Positions 1 to 13,313 of a DNA stretch of 64,000 nucleotides are shown here, in pieces; the stretch's first letter is position 1; each line of letters starts with the position of its first letter. A program made the translations under genes and the position numbers. The stretch is from Octopus sinensis (Eukaryota), in assembly GCF_006345805.1 (NCBI RefSeq), contig NC_043006.1, forward strand, positions 61,876,001-61,940,000. The letters run 5' to 3'. The notes beneath the pieces were generated by a model, which was not told where the DNA came from, made no database searches, and saw nothing but the letters and a program-made list of their open reading frames with translations.

Positions 1-721
1 TCTCCTCAACAAGTAGCGCAATAACTCGAAGATTCCTTGTTTGTATTACATCTACCATCTGGATGGATGTATGGTATGACAGTACTTTTCTTTTGTGTAA
101 TTTCATGTATTATATTCCTATCTATTCATGGGGATTTTTTCTTCTGGGGAATTCATCAACGCGGTGGGTCGTCCTTGAATTTCAAGCAATTCATTATCTA
201 GTTGGTTGATTTCACCTGCATGTCCATCCACTAGAGTATCAGAGTTCACTGTGTAATTTTCCTGTTCTTTATCCTTAACAGCCCCATCTTAATTTTCGTG
301 TTCCTCTTGTCTATTCTTCTCTCTGCTTTTCACTCCTACCACTTTGTTTTCAACTCCGACCATCTTTTGTAGCACATCTGCAGGGTCTCTTAGACTCTCA
401 TTTATCCGAGATATTTCTGCTCCAGTTAAGTAACCCTTCCTCCTAATTACTCTCTTTGGTTCATTAATTTATTTTCTGACATTCATCAAATATCTTTTTC
501 CATCCAAAATGACATGGTGCAGCGGTCTACTCCACGACTTCTTACCAGGTTTGCACTTCCATGATATACAATAAGTGTATAGCACTCTTCCTTCATCCAT
601 TTATTATTATTTTTTTGCGCACATCGTGTATGTGATCTGTTGTGGCATAATGATCGTCCGAGACCAGATTACTGCTACTGATGCGGACGGTTTCGGACGT
701 GCCGGGAGGGAAATATTGTTC

Positions 722-723
<2 letters not shown>
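1..723 (-). mobile_element. 5' end of an R4/Dong-clade (RLE) non-LTR retrotransposon, degraded, running off the window start
   Basis: Minus-strand translation from ~610 gives KWMKEECYTLIVY...SENKLMNQRRVIRRKGYLTGAEISRI, resembling the N-terminal region of R4/Dong ORFs and the NVRRNIMKKKLLTELEIDQI segment at ~58680; it begins immediately after a (TAA)n tract. Confidence 0.5.

Positions 724-767
<44 letters not shown>
724..767. repeat. (TTA/TAA)n microsatellite, tail or target of the R4/Dong element
   Basis: Perfect trinucleotide run seen directly. Confidence 0.95.
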
Positions 768-1883
768 CAGTAGTTTTATGTTTATAGCGTGCTTTCATTT
801 CACTACCGAGCGCAGCTCAGTGTGCCTTAGGTATGTGCTGTGATTTGATGTGATGCTCTGATGGTTATTGTATGGAAAGTGTTCTGCGTAGGATGTGTAC
901 AGTGCCTAGTAGTGCAATTTTCTGTATGCTATATGTGTTTGTAAGTCTTGGTGTTTTTGTTATGTATATATCTGAATATTTTTTTATCATGCCTAATTGC
1001 ACCTACTATGATAGGGATTGATTCTGTTTTTAGATTTCACATTCTGGTTACCTCTATTTCCAGGTCTTTGTATTTTGAAAGTTTCTCCAATTCTTTTAGA
1101 GACACATTGTCATCTGCCGGTATTGATACATCAATTAGAAAGCATTTTTTTCCTCGTGATCTCTGACAACTATATCTGGTCTGTTGGCCTTAATTTCTCT
1201 ATCTGTGTATATTGGCATATCCCAGAGTATGGTTGCTTTCTCGTTTTCTGTGACCTCTTATGGTGTGTGCCTATACCATCTTTGTTCTGTTGTTATTCCA
1301 TAATATTGGCATATCTTCCAGTGTATGTAGGTTCCAACTCTGTCATGTCTGTGAATACATTCCTTCTTAGCCAGGACTGGGCAGCCAGAGATAATATGAT
1401 TTATTGTTTCTTGTCCATCTCCACATATTCTGCAGTTACTTGTAATATTTCTTTTCATTACATGTTTTTGGTAATTTCTGGTGGGGAGGCTTTGGTCTTG
1501 TGCTGCAATTAAAAATCCCTCTGTCTCTACTTTGAGCCCTGAGCTTCACAACCATTGCTGGGATTTTTCTTTGTCTATTTCTTTTGCGTTTAGTTTAGTC
1601 CAGTATTTATCATGAAGGGGCTTTCTTGTCATCGTTTTATCATGGTTCTTTGCTGTTCTAGTTTTAGTTTGGATTTCATTTGTTTTATAGCTTTTGTTGT
1701 TTCTTCATCTTCTTCTTCTTCTTCATATTTGTTAGGTGGTATGATATCTTGTTTGTATTTGTCAGCTTCCTTAAATACTGAGAACAGTTTTTTGTTTTGC
1801 TCGTGTTTTGCCGCTATTTGTATAAGTTTTCCTTCCTTCTGAAGTAGATATTTTTGCAGTCCTATGGTGGTTATTTTATAGTA

Positions 1884-1884
<1 letters not shown>
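768..1884 (-). mobile_element. 5'-truncated R4/Dong-clade non-LTR retrotransposon (post-RT region, CCHC zinc knuckle, restriction-like endonuclease, 3' UTR)
   Basis: Minus-strand translation: EGFLIAAQDQSLPTRNY...CRICGDGQETINHIISGCPVLAKKECIHRHDRVGTYIHWKIC...LWDMPIYTDREIKANRPDIVVRD...CFLIDVSIP...KELEKLSKYKDLEIEV...PIIVGA; in-frame stops present; (TAA)n on both sides. Confidence 0.9.
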
Positions 1885-1943
<59 letters not shown>

Positions 1944-1982
1944 GTTGTTGCTGTTATTGTTATTATTATTATTATTATTATC

Positions 1983-2064
<82 letters not shown>
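1885..2064. repeat. (TTA)n microsatellite, imperfect
   Basis: Seen directly; it produces the poly-Ile ORF artefact. Confidence 0.95.
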
Positions 2065-2066
<2 letters not shown>

Positions 2067-2845
2067 AAATATAACTTAGTTCATTTAATTGTTTTCCCTG
2101 ACTGCTTCTTATATTTCTCATCGTTTTTCTTAACCTCTTCAAAACTCAGATTTCGAGGATTTTCCTGAAACCCACTTACATCTCGTTTCCCTCTCACTCT
2201 TCTCTCTCAGTCTATCTGCACCCATTTAGTCGGCTTGCTCTTTCCATTTTATTATTTCCTTGTCTTCGTTCCTCCTTTTATCATTTCCCATTACTTCCTT
2301 TTATTTTATATTTGTTCTTCATTTTGTTTCCTTTTCCCATCTTTATGTTTATCATGAGCGTTTTTCTTTCATATTTTTCAGTTTAATTCTCAATCAACTA
2401 TGTTTTATATTCAAACTAAAACGAAATTCAAATACATTCTAAAAATATTTTCAAACAAACACTAAAATATATCTTACAATATCTATTTTAATGATGGTTA
2501 TTAATACCACTTAAGTTGTATTTCAATACTCTACATCAACAGACAATCTATAGTTTTTATCGAAAACATATGTTACATGTTTTTTTTTAGATTGATAGGG
2601 AAGCATTAACAAATTTCGTCTTTTAACCCGCAGTTTGCAGATAGTCCATGTGTCCCTATATGTATATATCTCTGTGTATGCATTTGAGTAATTGTATATT
2701 ACAGCAGAGAAGATGACATCGCATACTGGATACAAGATTAAAAATACCATTATATTTTGTTTTGTGCTCCATACGTTATTAAAATATTTCGTTTCTATCT
2801 TCCTTCATTTTGCATAAACTACTGAATTTCTGTTATAGCTATATT

Positions 2846-3048
2846 ACTCTTTTACTTGTTTCAGTCATTTGATTGCGGCCATGCTGGAGCACCAGCTTTA
2901 GTGGAGCAAATAGACCCCAGGACTTATTCCTTGTAAGCCTCGTACTTATTTTATTGGTCTCTTTTGGCGAACTGCTAAGTGACGGAGACGTAAACTCACC
3001 AGCATCTGTTTTCAGTGTGATATTGGGGGGACAAACACAGATGCAGAA

Positions 3049-3082
<34 letters not shown>

Positions 3083-3275
3083 GTGTGTGTATATATACGT
3101 ATACATATATACGAGGGGCTTCTTTCAGTTTCCGTCTACCAAATCCACTCACAAGGTGTTGGTCGGCCCGAGGCCACGGTAGGAGATACCTACCCAAGGT
3201 GTAATGCAGCGGGACTGAACCTGTAATCATGTGGTTGGTAAGTAAGCTACTTACTACACAGCCACTCCTGTGCCT
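2846..3275 (-). mobile_element. tRNA-derived SINE (family A) with internal CA/TA microsatellite
   Basis: Minus strand starts with a tRNA-like head (...gtagcttacttaccaaccacatgattacaggttcagtcccgctgc, degenerate A/B boxes); shares the blocks gtagacggaaactgaaagaagccc and gcatggccgc with the copies at 6821, 38435 and 54908. Confidence 0.85.
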
Positions 3276-3978
3276 ATTCATCATATTCTGTTAATGTTTC
3301 ATATATACGCGAATGCACATATATGCATGCATGCACAAACATGTATAGATACGTACACACACATATATATATACATATATATGCATAAATATATATATAT
3401 ATGTGTGTGTGTGTATATGTGTGTGTATGTGTGTGTGTATGTCTGTGCATATGTGTGTGTGTGTTATAATTTATAACAAACATTGATAGATTGTTACTAT
3501 TATACTCGGAGTTTTGAATGTCGGAGCGAAGAGTTACGATATATTCTCGTCGGCTATTAACAGCAATGGAGGCTATGAAAAACCGTTGAATAAAAGGGAA
3601 GTTATTCTAATAGGCAGTAAAAGAAAATAACAGATGCAACCATATTCTCACAATACATAGAAATAAAGCTCCTGCGATCACACTATTTACATACGTACAC
3701 ACTCACACAACATGTATATGTGCATGCACATACACAATCACAAGCATATATACGTATTACATACTCATACATACACACTTATCCACACACACATTTACAT
3801 ATATGTGTGTGTGTGTCTGTGTGTGTGTGTCTGTGCATGTGTACGCAACCTCGTTTTCATATACACATAGGTGTTTACATGCATACACGTAACACAATAC
3901 ATATAGATTTAGACATGTGTATATATATATATATATATATACAGGCATACGTTCACACTCTCGCATACACATATACAT

Positions 3979-4019
<41 letters not shown>

Positions 4020-5661
4020 CACACCCTCCCATCGAACCCTTAAAGCCGCACATATCCAAACATGCATATCCGTATTAATGAAGAGGACGTGTGCATGGAA
4101 GTCGCACGTATATACACACGCACACATATACATATTCATGTGCACACCCACGCGCACATTCACACAATTAGAAAGGGAAAGGAAAAATTGAAATATATAC
4201 ATAACAAGTTAAAATTAACAATAAATGGAAGTTAGAACATATCGGAAAGCTTGTACAGGAACATCGTAAAAATGTGGCTTCAAGCCGTGATCTGGTTAAG
4301 TCTAAAACCATAAGAGATATTTTGTGAGTTGTGAGCATCTCCCAAAATGTTCAGTTCTTGAATTTAGGCATGTAGCGAAGTCCAATGAACTTTTCCAAAT
4401 GAGCTATTTTTCCATATTAAAAAGGCTGCGCATGCCACTAACGTGAGTTTGTGTGAGTGTATATATATGCAGACGTTGTGAACTCAGGAGGTTATGTTTC
4501 TATATTGTGAGAATATGGTTGCGTGTATTTTTTATCTTCTTTCTTTTTTCTTTTTCTACGTATTAAAGTCACTTCCCTTTTATTTAACAGATTGTCTTAG
4601 CATATGTTGTCATAAATAACCGACGAAAATGTAATGTAGGCCTGCGCTTTGAAATTCGAAACTCTGTGTACTATAATGACAAACTTTTACTGTTTGTTCT
4701 AAATTATAACACACACACACACAAATACACACGCACACATACACACATACACATATGTATAATTGAGATTCAGTTGATAATACCGGACTGACACCAAGTC
4801 AGTCGGATATTATCCGCACAGCTCGAAGGTGAATAAAATCAATATAAATAAGTAACAGCATATCACGAAGTGATACTGTATGACCGTTTCAAGAGGCTCC
4901 ATTTAAATGAACAATGCAATTATTATATCAATTGAAATGTAGTGCTATCATCAGCTGCACAAATAAATAGAATTTTAACCACTTAGACACAATAGTATAA
5001 TCTTTCTCAAATACGTGTTGTCGCTATTGTAGCTAAGAACAGACTTCCAAGGGTAGCATAAAGTCCACTGGGGTCATACCTTGTAAATGATTGTGGTTCA
5101 TGTCTAATTTATTTGTCTTTTAATCAACTACTAAATCTAAGACTAGAGGACTGTGTGTGTTTAGCATGAAGAGCAAGAGTGATTTGACAGCTCATAGCTA
5201 GCTATGGTCATACATATTGTCATAGGTATCCGTTTTACTCAGGAAGGAGGAAGACAGGAGTAGTAAATTAGATATAGAGTGTCTGTCTATAAAAGGAGGC
5301 TGGGTAGGGGAAGACTCTAAATCATGATGTCAATTACTAGTTAAAGGAGCAAGGCGCTAATAAAACCTAGGATATTAATACAGAGGACATTTTATCTTGG
5401 GGTACTCAGGGTTATTGTTTATAAACAATATTGTAATGTTGGAGAAAAGTAAAATTTAAGACGATCTAAAATGATATCATAATCAAAATAAGGAAAATGT
5501 GTGAATATTTGAGTTATCAACATTATAAAGGAAAGTGTACATAGAATAAGTTTAATATTCATTGATGTACTTAGTTCATTACTTACTTCATGCTTTCTAT
5601 AATGACTGTTCAGGGCATTTACTTATGGAATACTGGAACGATAAACATGCTATTTATATAT

Positions 5662-6019
5662 TAACTAGCAGTATCGCCCGGCGTTGCTCGGGTTTGTAAG
5701 GGAAATAACTATAGTTATAGCCAAAAAATGGAAAAAAAAATATGGTAAATTTTTTTAGTTAAAAAGGTCGAGTTGCGTCCCCTAGACAGTCTGTGGTTTG
5801 TGTTTCTGATTCTCGACCCCATGTCGAATTTATCGATTTTTTTCAGAACTGGGGGAACTTTTCAAAATTTTCGCTGCGTTAGTTTTGAATTATGACATTG
5901 GGCTATGTGTGTGTCAAGTTTCATCAGAATCGGTTGAAAGCCGTGGTCAGGGTGAGGGTACAAGAAAACAGACACACAGAAACACGCAGAGACAAACTGC
6001 CGTTTATATATAGAGAGAT
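5662..6019 (+). mobile_element. Non-autonomous Helitron/Helentron-like (HINE/DINE-1-like) element
   Basis: 5' taACTAGcagtatcgcccggcgttgctcgggt hairpin, aagtttcatcagaatcggttga block, acagac-type repeat and 3' tttatatatagagagat end; the same 5' start recurs at ~56843. Confidence 0.65.
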
Positions 6020-6820
6020 CATAAACCAAGAATCAGAAAAAATAAAGATGTGTACAGATACACACGCATATTTATATATGTGCACACATGCACAATACAC
6101 ATACACAAATATTTATACGTTTATATTGATATAGTATAGTATAACCATCTGGCATCTGAAAATTATCTATTCACAAACAAGAACAAGAAAGAAAGTATCT
6201 ATTTACGAACAAGAAAGATAAGGGATAAGAGGTTAGTAGGTTATGCACATATATGCATATATATACACATATATAAATATTTATACGTTTATATGGATAT
6301 AATATAACAAGCTCGCATAGACCCAAGTAGTTGCAAAATCTTTATTTAAGAACAGTAACATCTTATAATGGATAAGAGATTAATGGGTAACCTCTTTTCG
6401 TGTTAACCTTACTCTTCCCTACCTCAAATTTTAATACCCTGTCTCTTTAAATGTAGATTATATATATTTCTTATTATTTTCCATATATTCTTCTTATTGT
6501 TTTTCTTATTTTGATATCCTTACCTATTAAAGAGGCTTAAGTGTCTAAATGTTTATTGTTTATAAAAGGCCGAGCGCCTCAATTTGTAATGGACTATTAA
6601 GACCGGTGATTGCAGAACTGAGGTAAGAGGTTTAACACCGCGTTTTGTATTTGGTTTTGAAAAAAAAAAAGAACTATGTTTTAGAGAAGCAGAAGATCGG
6701 CGGGTGTCTTTTGCCTTCTCCCATTTATATCATCTTTTTCATCACTCATCTCATTAATATTTTTTTTTGTCCAGCAAGCAACTCCCTCTGTATACCAATG
6801 GCCTACGAAATGAAATAAAG

Positions 6821-7085
6821 TAGCTTGCTTGCCAACCACATGGTTCCGAGTTCAGTTCCACTGCGAGGCACATTGGGCAAGTGTCTTCTGCTATAGCCTC
6901 GGGCCGACCTCAAAGCCTTGTGAGTGGATTTGATAGACGGAAACTGAAAGAAGCCCGTCGTATATATATATACGTGTGTGTTAGTGTGTGTGTTTCATCC
7001 CCAACATCGCTTGAAAACCGATGCTGGTGTGTTTACGTCCCCGTCACTTAGTGGTCGTTCGGTAAGAGAGACCGATATACTAAAA
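6821..7085 (+). mobile_element. tRNA-derived SINE (family A), truncated
   Basis: tagcttgcttgccaaccacatggttccgagttcagttccactgcg...gacggaaactgaaagaagcccgtcg; homologous to the reverse complement of 2846-3275. Confidence 0.85.
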
Positions 7086-7444
7086 TTACAGTTTTCTTGT
7101 GCTTACCTACTAATAAACTAAACATTGTTCACTCTTTAATTAATAAAATATTTTACTTTATCTTTCTTCCTATTCTTGGTCCAATGTTTTAATATTTTTA
7201 TCTATTAATCCACTTATCTTATTATTTAGTATGCCTAGCACACCTTTTTAAGCCTATAATCTGCACATTTTCTATCTAGCCCATTTTACTTATTCGTTTT
7301 GCTATATATTAATTTATTTATTACCTCCCTTTAACTATTTCCTTTCTATTGATTTTCATATTTGGTCCTATCTCCACCTATATATACATACTATAATTAC
7401 AGTGTACTTTTACCTATCTCTTATCAAGCAAGCTTCTGTAGCCC

Positions 7445-7476
<32 letters not shown>

Positions 7477-7861
7477 TTAAACGTATTGCTATCTCATGTA
7501 CAATGTGTTTTGCGTTGTTTACCTACTTACATGAATGTTTACATTCACCGAGTCTTATTCTGTGTATGTCCCTAATTTAGACTATTGCTAGTTTTCATTA
7601 ATCCATCAACTCTAAATTGAATTAATTATACAATATGAAGCAAACCTTTCGCTTTTTTATGACTTATTGTAAATAACATTTATTTCAACACGGTTTCGTT
7701 TTGGTATGTCCCCAATTTAAATTATTCCCAGCTATTCTTCACATCTATATGAATACCTTTGAATTTTGAGGGTTTATATTTAACTATTTAAATAATTTTA
7801 TTGATAAGTTTTGATTTAACTTCTTGAATTGTCCCATATTTAAGCCCTTATTATTACTTTT

Positions 7862-8212
7862 ATTGTGCTTGCAGGTATATCGAAATTAAGGTAATTCGAG
7901 AATGAAGAATAATAAATGATCGCAAAATTGCGGAAGCTGAAGTTCTGCTCGGCTGGAGATATCTCATGGCTTTCTGAAAGTTTGATCAATGTTCTTTTCG
8001 AGTGTGGTCCAAGGGACTGCAAAACCTCCTAGGGCATTGGAAGAAGACTTAGCAAACTTATTTGGGCCAACATACCAAAATGTATGTGTACAATCGAGAA
8101 GAGATGGAATAACATTGTGAGTTGCGATGAAGAATCATACTTGATTTTGTAGCTGATAAAGGAGAAGAGATATATACCTAGATGCATAGGAAGATTCGTT
8201 TGGGCGCTAGGT
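7862..8212 (+). repeat. Dispersed duplicated segment, copy 1 (exon-like, AG...GT bounded)
   Basis: Aligns by eye with 18581-18904 along its whole length; tttgtgcttgcAG before and GT after in both copies. Confidence 0.85.
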
Positions 8213-9235
8213 ATATGGATTGCTCAAATTCCTTTTCATTCTTATTTATTTATTTATTTTTGTCAAATTCTATATCGTTTTACCGGAGCCTTTTAACATA
8301 TTTACATCCGGTATATCACCAAGCGAACGCTGCATATCTGAAAGCTTTAATTTAATTTTTGTCCAATAGTACCTTATCTTAATTAGTTTAGCTTAATAAT
8401 AAAGTTCTTTTAGGGGTGAAAGATAATATTTTATAAGTCTTTATTCGTTTATTTATTTTTCTCTGCCTATTTTTACTCTATTTTATTTTATTCGTTTTAC
8501 GTTTTTCTTGTTTTTATCTGATAATTTTTATGTACCCTAACATTAAGTTAATATTCCTATAAGTATTTTAACCTTTTCGTTATTTATAGTAAGTAATATA
8601 TTGCCTGGAATGTCATCCATCCTAATTAAATATTAATAATAACTATAGACACTTGAATTAAACTCTACATACTAATTTTCTATTGATTTAATATGGTTTG
8701 ACAAAATATCACAATATGACATTTTTATCAATTATATCTACTTGAGTTTTTCTTATACGTAACATTTGAGATGAAAATATTGTTATATCCTTACTTTACA
8801 ACCCCAGTATACACAACCTTACTCCCCTTCTGTGCCCTATACCATGTTTTATATTATGCTCTTTATATATAAATTTTATCAGTTAACGGTTTGCAGCTGT
8901 TTACTCAGCATGCTGGAATTGAACACCTATTTTGTATATCTTAAGCCACCTCTGAAGAGGTTAGACTTTCAAGTAACTTTTAATTAAATTAGTTAATTTT
9001 CTGGAAGTCAGTGTCTTAATTAATGAATAATAATTTATCAATTGCCTCTCTATTTCCTCTATAAGCTCTGAAATGAGAGTCACCTTGCATTGTACACTAT
9101 TTGTGTAAAAAATCCTACTTCCTAAAATTTGTTTTTATAATTCACCTGCAGAAAAAGCTTGTCTTACGCAAGGCAATTGATTTGTTCATGAATAGAAAAC
9201 AAGTCTGAAACAACTGTAGTGGTTCTTCTCCCATT

Positions 9236-9280
<45 letters not shown>

Positions 9281-9542
9281 CAATTAAGGACAACTACTTA
9301 ATAAGGAAAACTTAACAAGAAATTGTCAGGTAGATAGCGTAAGAACCTCATAAGAGAAAAAATTTCGAAATAATTATTTCTTATTGAACATATTAATTTA
9401 TATATAGAGGGCATAATTATACATACATGCCAGGAGTTATATATACCTGCCAAACGCTAAGAGGGACAATCAGTCATTTCTACCAAAAATATTACTAATC
9501 CCACCGAATGCAATTTTTCAAAGTAAGACATTTAAAATATAT

Positions 9543-9589
9543 AGGCCTGTATCACAGTGATTTCATACTTACGTATCATCAGCAGGCCT
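9543..9589 (-). ncRNA. Minimal type-I hammerhead ribozyme motif
   Basis: Minus strand: aggcctg CTGATGA tacgtaagtat GAA Atcactgtga T A caggcct; 7-bp stem I, CUGAUGA/GAAA core, palindromic stem III (ATCAC-T-GTGAT), AUA cleavage triplet. Confidence 0.7.
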
Positions 9590-9635
9590 GAATGTATTAT
9601 AATAAATAAACACGACCCTGCCTCGCTTAAGCCGA

Positions 9636-9653
9636 ACAGCTAACTGATCAACA
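9636..9653. repeat. Left target-site duplication of the Tx1 LINE (acagctaactgatcaaca)
   Basis: Identical 18-mer at 14931-14948; uninterrupted sites at ~15231-15248 and ~15715-15732. Confidence 0.95.
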
Positions 9654-9838
9654 ATTTCTTTATTACAATTATAAAAATTAATACATAGAAAGGACGAATA
9701 CAGGACATACATACATACAAGAAAATTTAAGAGAATCGATTAAAAAAAGTTTCGTTTGTATTCGTTATAAGTAATAGTTTTTTGCGTAACTAGTGTTACA
9801 AACACTTGTAGCTGACCTTTGTGATTATACTCGAGCTT

Positions 9839-12800
9839 TCACACCCCGGCAATTGTTGAGGCCCTGCAGCTTCCACTTCCTCTCTCTCCTCCATGGTCAA
9901 GCTGGCCTTCTCGTACCCACCTTTCTTTCCACTTCCTTCCATCTATTCGCATACACTCCCCGCGGCGGGTCCTCCTCTCTCCCAGTCCCATCTTGCTTCT
10001 CAGATGATATCTGAAGTAGGTGAGCAAGCCGGGCCCGGAGACAAATGACCCTGTCGCGGTTCCTTCCATTCTCGTTCTCCACATGCATTCCTTTACCACT
10101 GCAACCGTGCAGTGAAAACATGCCTCACCTTCCTTCGAGAGTCCAGTTGGCGGTATCATCTTAATCATAGACTCAGCCGACAGCTGTACTCGTCCCAGAT
10201 GCGATAACACGTGTTCTGCGTAACTTATCAAGTCGTTCAACTTCCGACAATGAAAAAAAGCGTGCTGAACGGTTTCATCGTCCAGCCCGCATCTTTGACA
10301 CGTCGGTGGCACTGGAACTCCGTGCCGTGATAACTTTTCGCGAACAGGTAAAGCATTCCTGTAGCACTGCCAAGCCAGGGATCTTTGGAAATTATCCAAA
10401 TACCCCGACCTGAACGTTTTCTTAACAGATTGGCAAGCTGGTTTTCATCAAACCCCAGAGCCCCTCCTAGGACGTCATCGTTTTTACCTTCTACCAGCCC
10501 TCTATAAAATACCGAGGTGGTATTTCCGCAGCCGGCCTTGCCCGCCTTGTGGATCAGCGTGAGTGCCTGTCGGCACTCCTTTTGCCATGGAGTCAGATTG
10601 CATCTTCTGATGTAACCGGGTTTAAAATTAACTAAGGAGGCCGGTCTCGGAAAAATCCCTCTGCCAACGGACTCCACACCTTATCACCTTCCAGGTGGTG
10701 CCAGAGATGTCTTAGTCTCAACGCATGTCTGCGCATCATTAACCAAGGCATCCCTAACCCACCCTTTAACGGTTCTTGACAGCACACGGAGCGTCTCACA
10801 AGTGGCTTTCCTCCTTTCCACAAAAGCGGAAGAGGGCTCGTTCCAACTTGTTAAGAGCATGAGTCGGGGCAAGGGACGACGGTCAGGCGGTAGGTGATTA
10901 CGGATGCAATAAACATCTGCGCCACCTCCGCCCTTCCTTTCAAGGACAGAGACCTTCCGGACCAGGTCCGTATTATGGCCTCCACCTTGCCCGTCACCTC
11001 GCTCCAGTTCTTCTCCGTTTGGGAGTCCGGTCCAAACCAGACTCCCAGCAACTTAACAGGGCCATCCGTCCAGTGTCCCACAACACTGGACAATATCGGC
11101 TTGTTCCTCCAGGTGCCGAGGCGCAAGCCGACCGATTTGTCCCTGTTAACCTTTGCTCCTGCCACCGCCTCGTATCCTCTGATAGCCTCCTCTACACCAG
11201 TAGTTGGGCCTCCTTGGACACGATGAGGGTGATGTCATCCGCATAGGCAGTGACCGACCTCCCACCTCCGATTCCATCTGAGTTACTCCCCAGCCTCTCC
11301 AACCTTCGCAGTAGTGGCTCGAGAGCCAATACGTACAAAGTGGTGACAAGGGGCACCCCTGACGTACTGAACATTCGATCGAAAACGGTTCTGTTAGGTA
11401 ACCGTTTATCTGGACGGTGGACTTGATGCCGCTGTACATAGCGGAGATCCACCCGCGGAATTCGGGTCCCAGTCCGGTCGCTTCGAGGACCGCGCCGCCA
11501 GGTACCCATGGCTACCCTATCGAAGGCTTTACTTTGGTCCAAGTGGACCATTACCCCACCTTTGCCGGTTACTTTACCCACCCTATCTAAGGTGTAGCGT
11601 ATAAGGTGAAGGTTGTCCTGGATCGACCTGCCTGGAATTGCACATGTCTGTGCTCTCCCTACAAGTTTCTCCACGACAACCGTCAACCTTTTTGCTAACA
11701 CCTTGGCCAAAATCTTTAACTCTACATTAAGTAGAGTTATGGGCCTGTAGTTACTAATCATGTCCCCTTTGCTCGGGTCTTTCTGGATTAGCGTCACCAC
11801 TCCCGGCTTACAGAACTGGGAATTCTCCCGTTCTGCTGCCAGTTCGTGTAGACGCCTGCCAGTATTCCCCCGAACAAATCCGGCATATTTTGGTAAAACT
11901 CGTAGGGCAGACCATCCAGCCCCGGCGATTTCTCCCCGGCGCACTCGGCCAGCACTTCCCTTATTTCCGCGGGAGTGATCGCTCCTTCACAGCACTCCGC
12001 CTCACGCCCCGCGAGCCGCGGCCCGCCGGCCAGGAAGTCCTTAAGGCACTCCCCCGGTCCAGCGGGCCACCACCCCCCCCCGAACGCGCGCGCGAAATGC
12101 TGGTGAAGAAACTTTTGCATCTCCTCCTGTCCATAGATCTTTTGTCCCTGTTCGCCAGTCAAAGATTTTATTGAGGCTCTGTTGCCTCTCTTACTCTCCA
12201 CACGACGGGCCCATCCGGCTACGTTAACACCTTCTCGTTTCCCGGCGCGCAGCTTAGCTCTGACTCTGCAACCTTCGTGTTTGGAGTCAAGGTGTCGGTA
12301 CAATACCGTCCTTGCCGCCAGTACTCCGGATGCAGAGCCAGCTTCCATTGCCTCGTCTAGATTCTTAACTAAATCGCCCTCTAGACTAGCTCTATCTGTC
12401 CTTATCTGATTGCTAAATCTAACGGACTCTAATCGAATGGCTCTTTTGAGGGCGTGCCACCATCTATTGTTAATGACGGTGCCGCACAATGCCCTCTGAA
12501 CTAACTCCTTAATCCGGGTACGGAAGTCTTCACAATTCAAAATAGCTTGTTCAGCTTCCAGTACCCGGGTCCCTGTCTATGACACTTATCTAATTGCACC
12601 TCACACGTCACAAACTTGTGATCCGAGTAAGGTACAATATGAAATTGTGGACAACTAAACGTATCCTTATCTCTTTTTTTTATAATTATCCTATCTAGGT
12701 ACGATCTGTGTGAGCCGTCGTAGTTACTCCACGTCCACTGTGGAACGCTCGGCTCATCCAGTCGGTAACGGTCCACTAGATCAAAGCTCTCCAGTAGACC

Positions 12801-13285
12801 CTTGAGGCTAGGATTCCCCTTCCTATTAGTTGAGCCAACACTGTCGATGTGCGCTTCAAGGACAGTGTTAAAGTCCCCTACTAGTATTACTGTTTTCGAC
12901 GTCGCCAGAAAGGGCTCCAGGCTTCGAAAGAAACCCAACTGTCTACCCTCGTTCGGGGCGTAGACAGCTACCAACCTGAAGGACTGTTTACTTGCGTGAG
13001 TCACATCCAGGACAACCAGCCTGCCTTCTGGGTCCAGAAAGACAGTACTTACCTGCAGGTCCAAGCTCTTCCTGATGAGACTGCCACGCCTCTTCCTCCT
13101 CCTCGGCTAGGAGAAATAAATTTCTCGAAACCATTTAGAAGAGGTGAGAACGCTTTGGTCTCGCTCATCTTGGACTCGGTTACGATAGCAACATCTATAC
13201 CTTGTGTCGTGAGGTCGTTCAGGAAACAAATTTGTTTCCATTTCGACCCCATTCCACGTATGTTTAGGCAGCCCAGCTTGGCCAT
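9839..13285 (-). CDS. Tx1 ORF2 (APE endonuclease, reverse transcriptase, C-terminal zinc finger), split by ~8 frameshifts; 3' end approximate
   Basis: APE: LNIRG, VTE, VYAPN, GDFN, YLDRI, SDHK. RT: KSPGLDGLPYEFY, YRPITLLNVELKILAKVL, LDQSKAFDRV, SVRQGCPLSPL, AYADDIT, VKLLGVWFG. C-terminus: CQRCGLDDETVQHAFFHC. Pieces are ORF-track frames 13049-13453, 12537-13064, 11794-12540, 11192-11944, 11146-11439, 10851-11165, 10632-10823, 10237-10677, 9839-10399. Confidence 0.92.
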
Positions 13286-13313
13286 TGTGAGCGAGGGAGA
13301 GAAATAACTATAC

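Larger units (their letters stand above)
9280..9653 (-). mobile_element. Hammerhead-containing ~484-bp repeat (PLE pseudo-LTR or retrozyme-like), inverted copy, 3' part
   Basis: Near-identical reverse complement of the 15125-15965 units; interrupted by the Tx1 LINE and continued at 14931-15045; abuts (TA)n at ~9237-9279. Confidence 0.85.
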
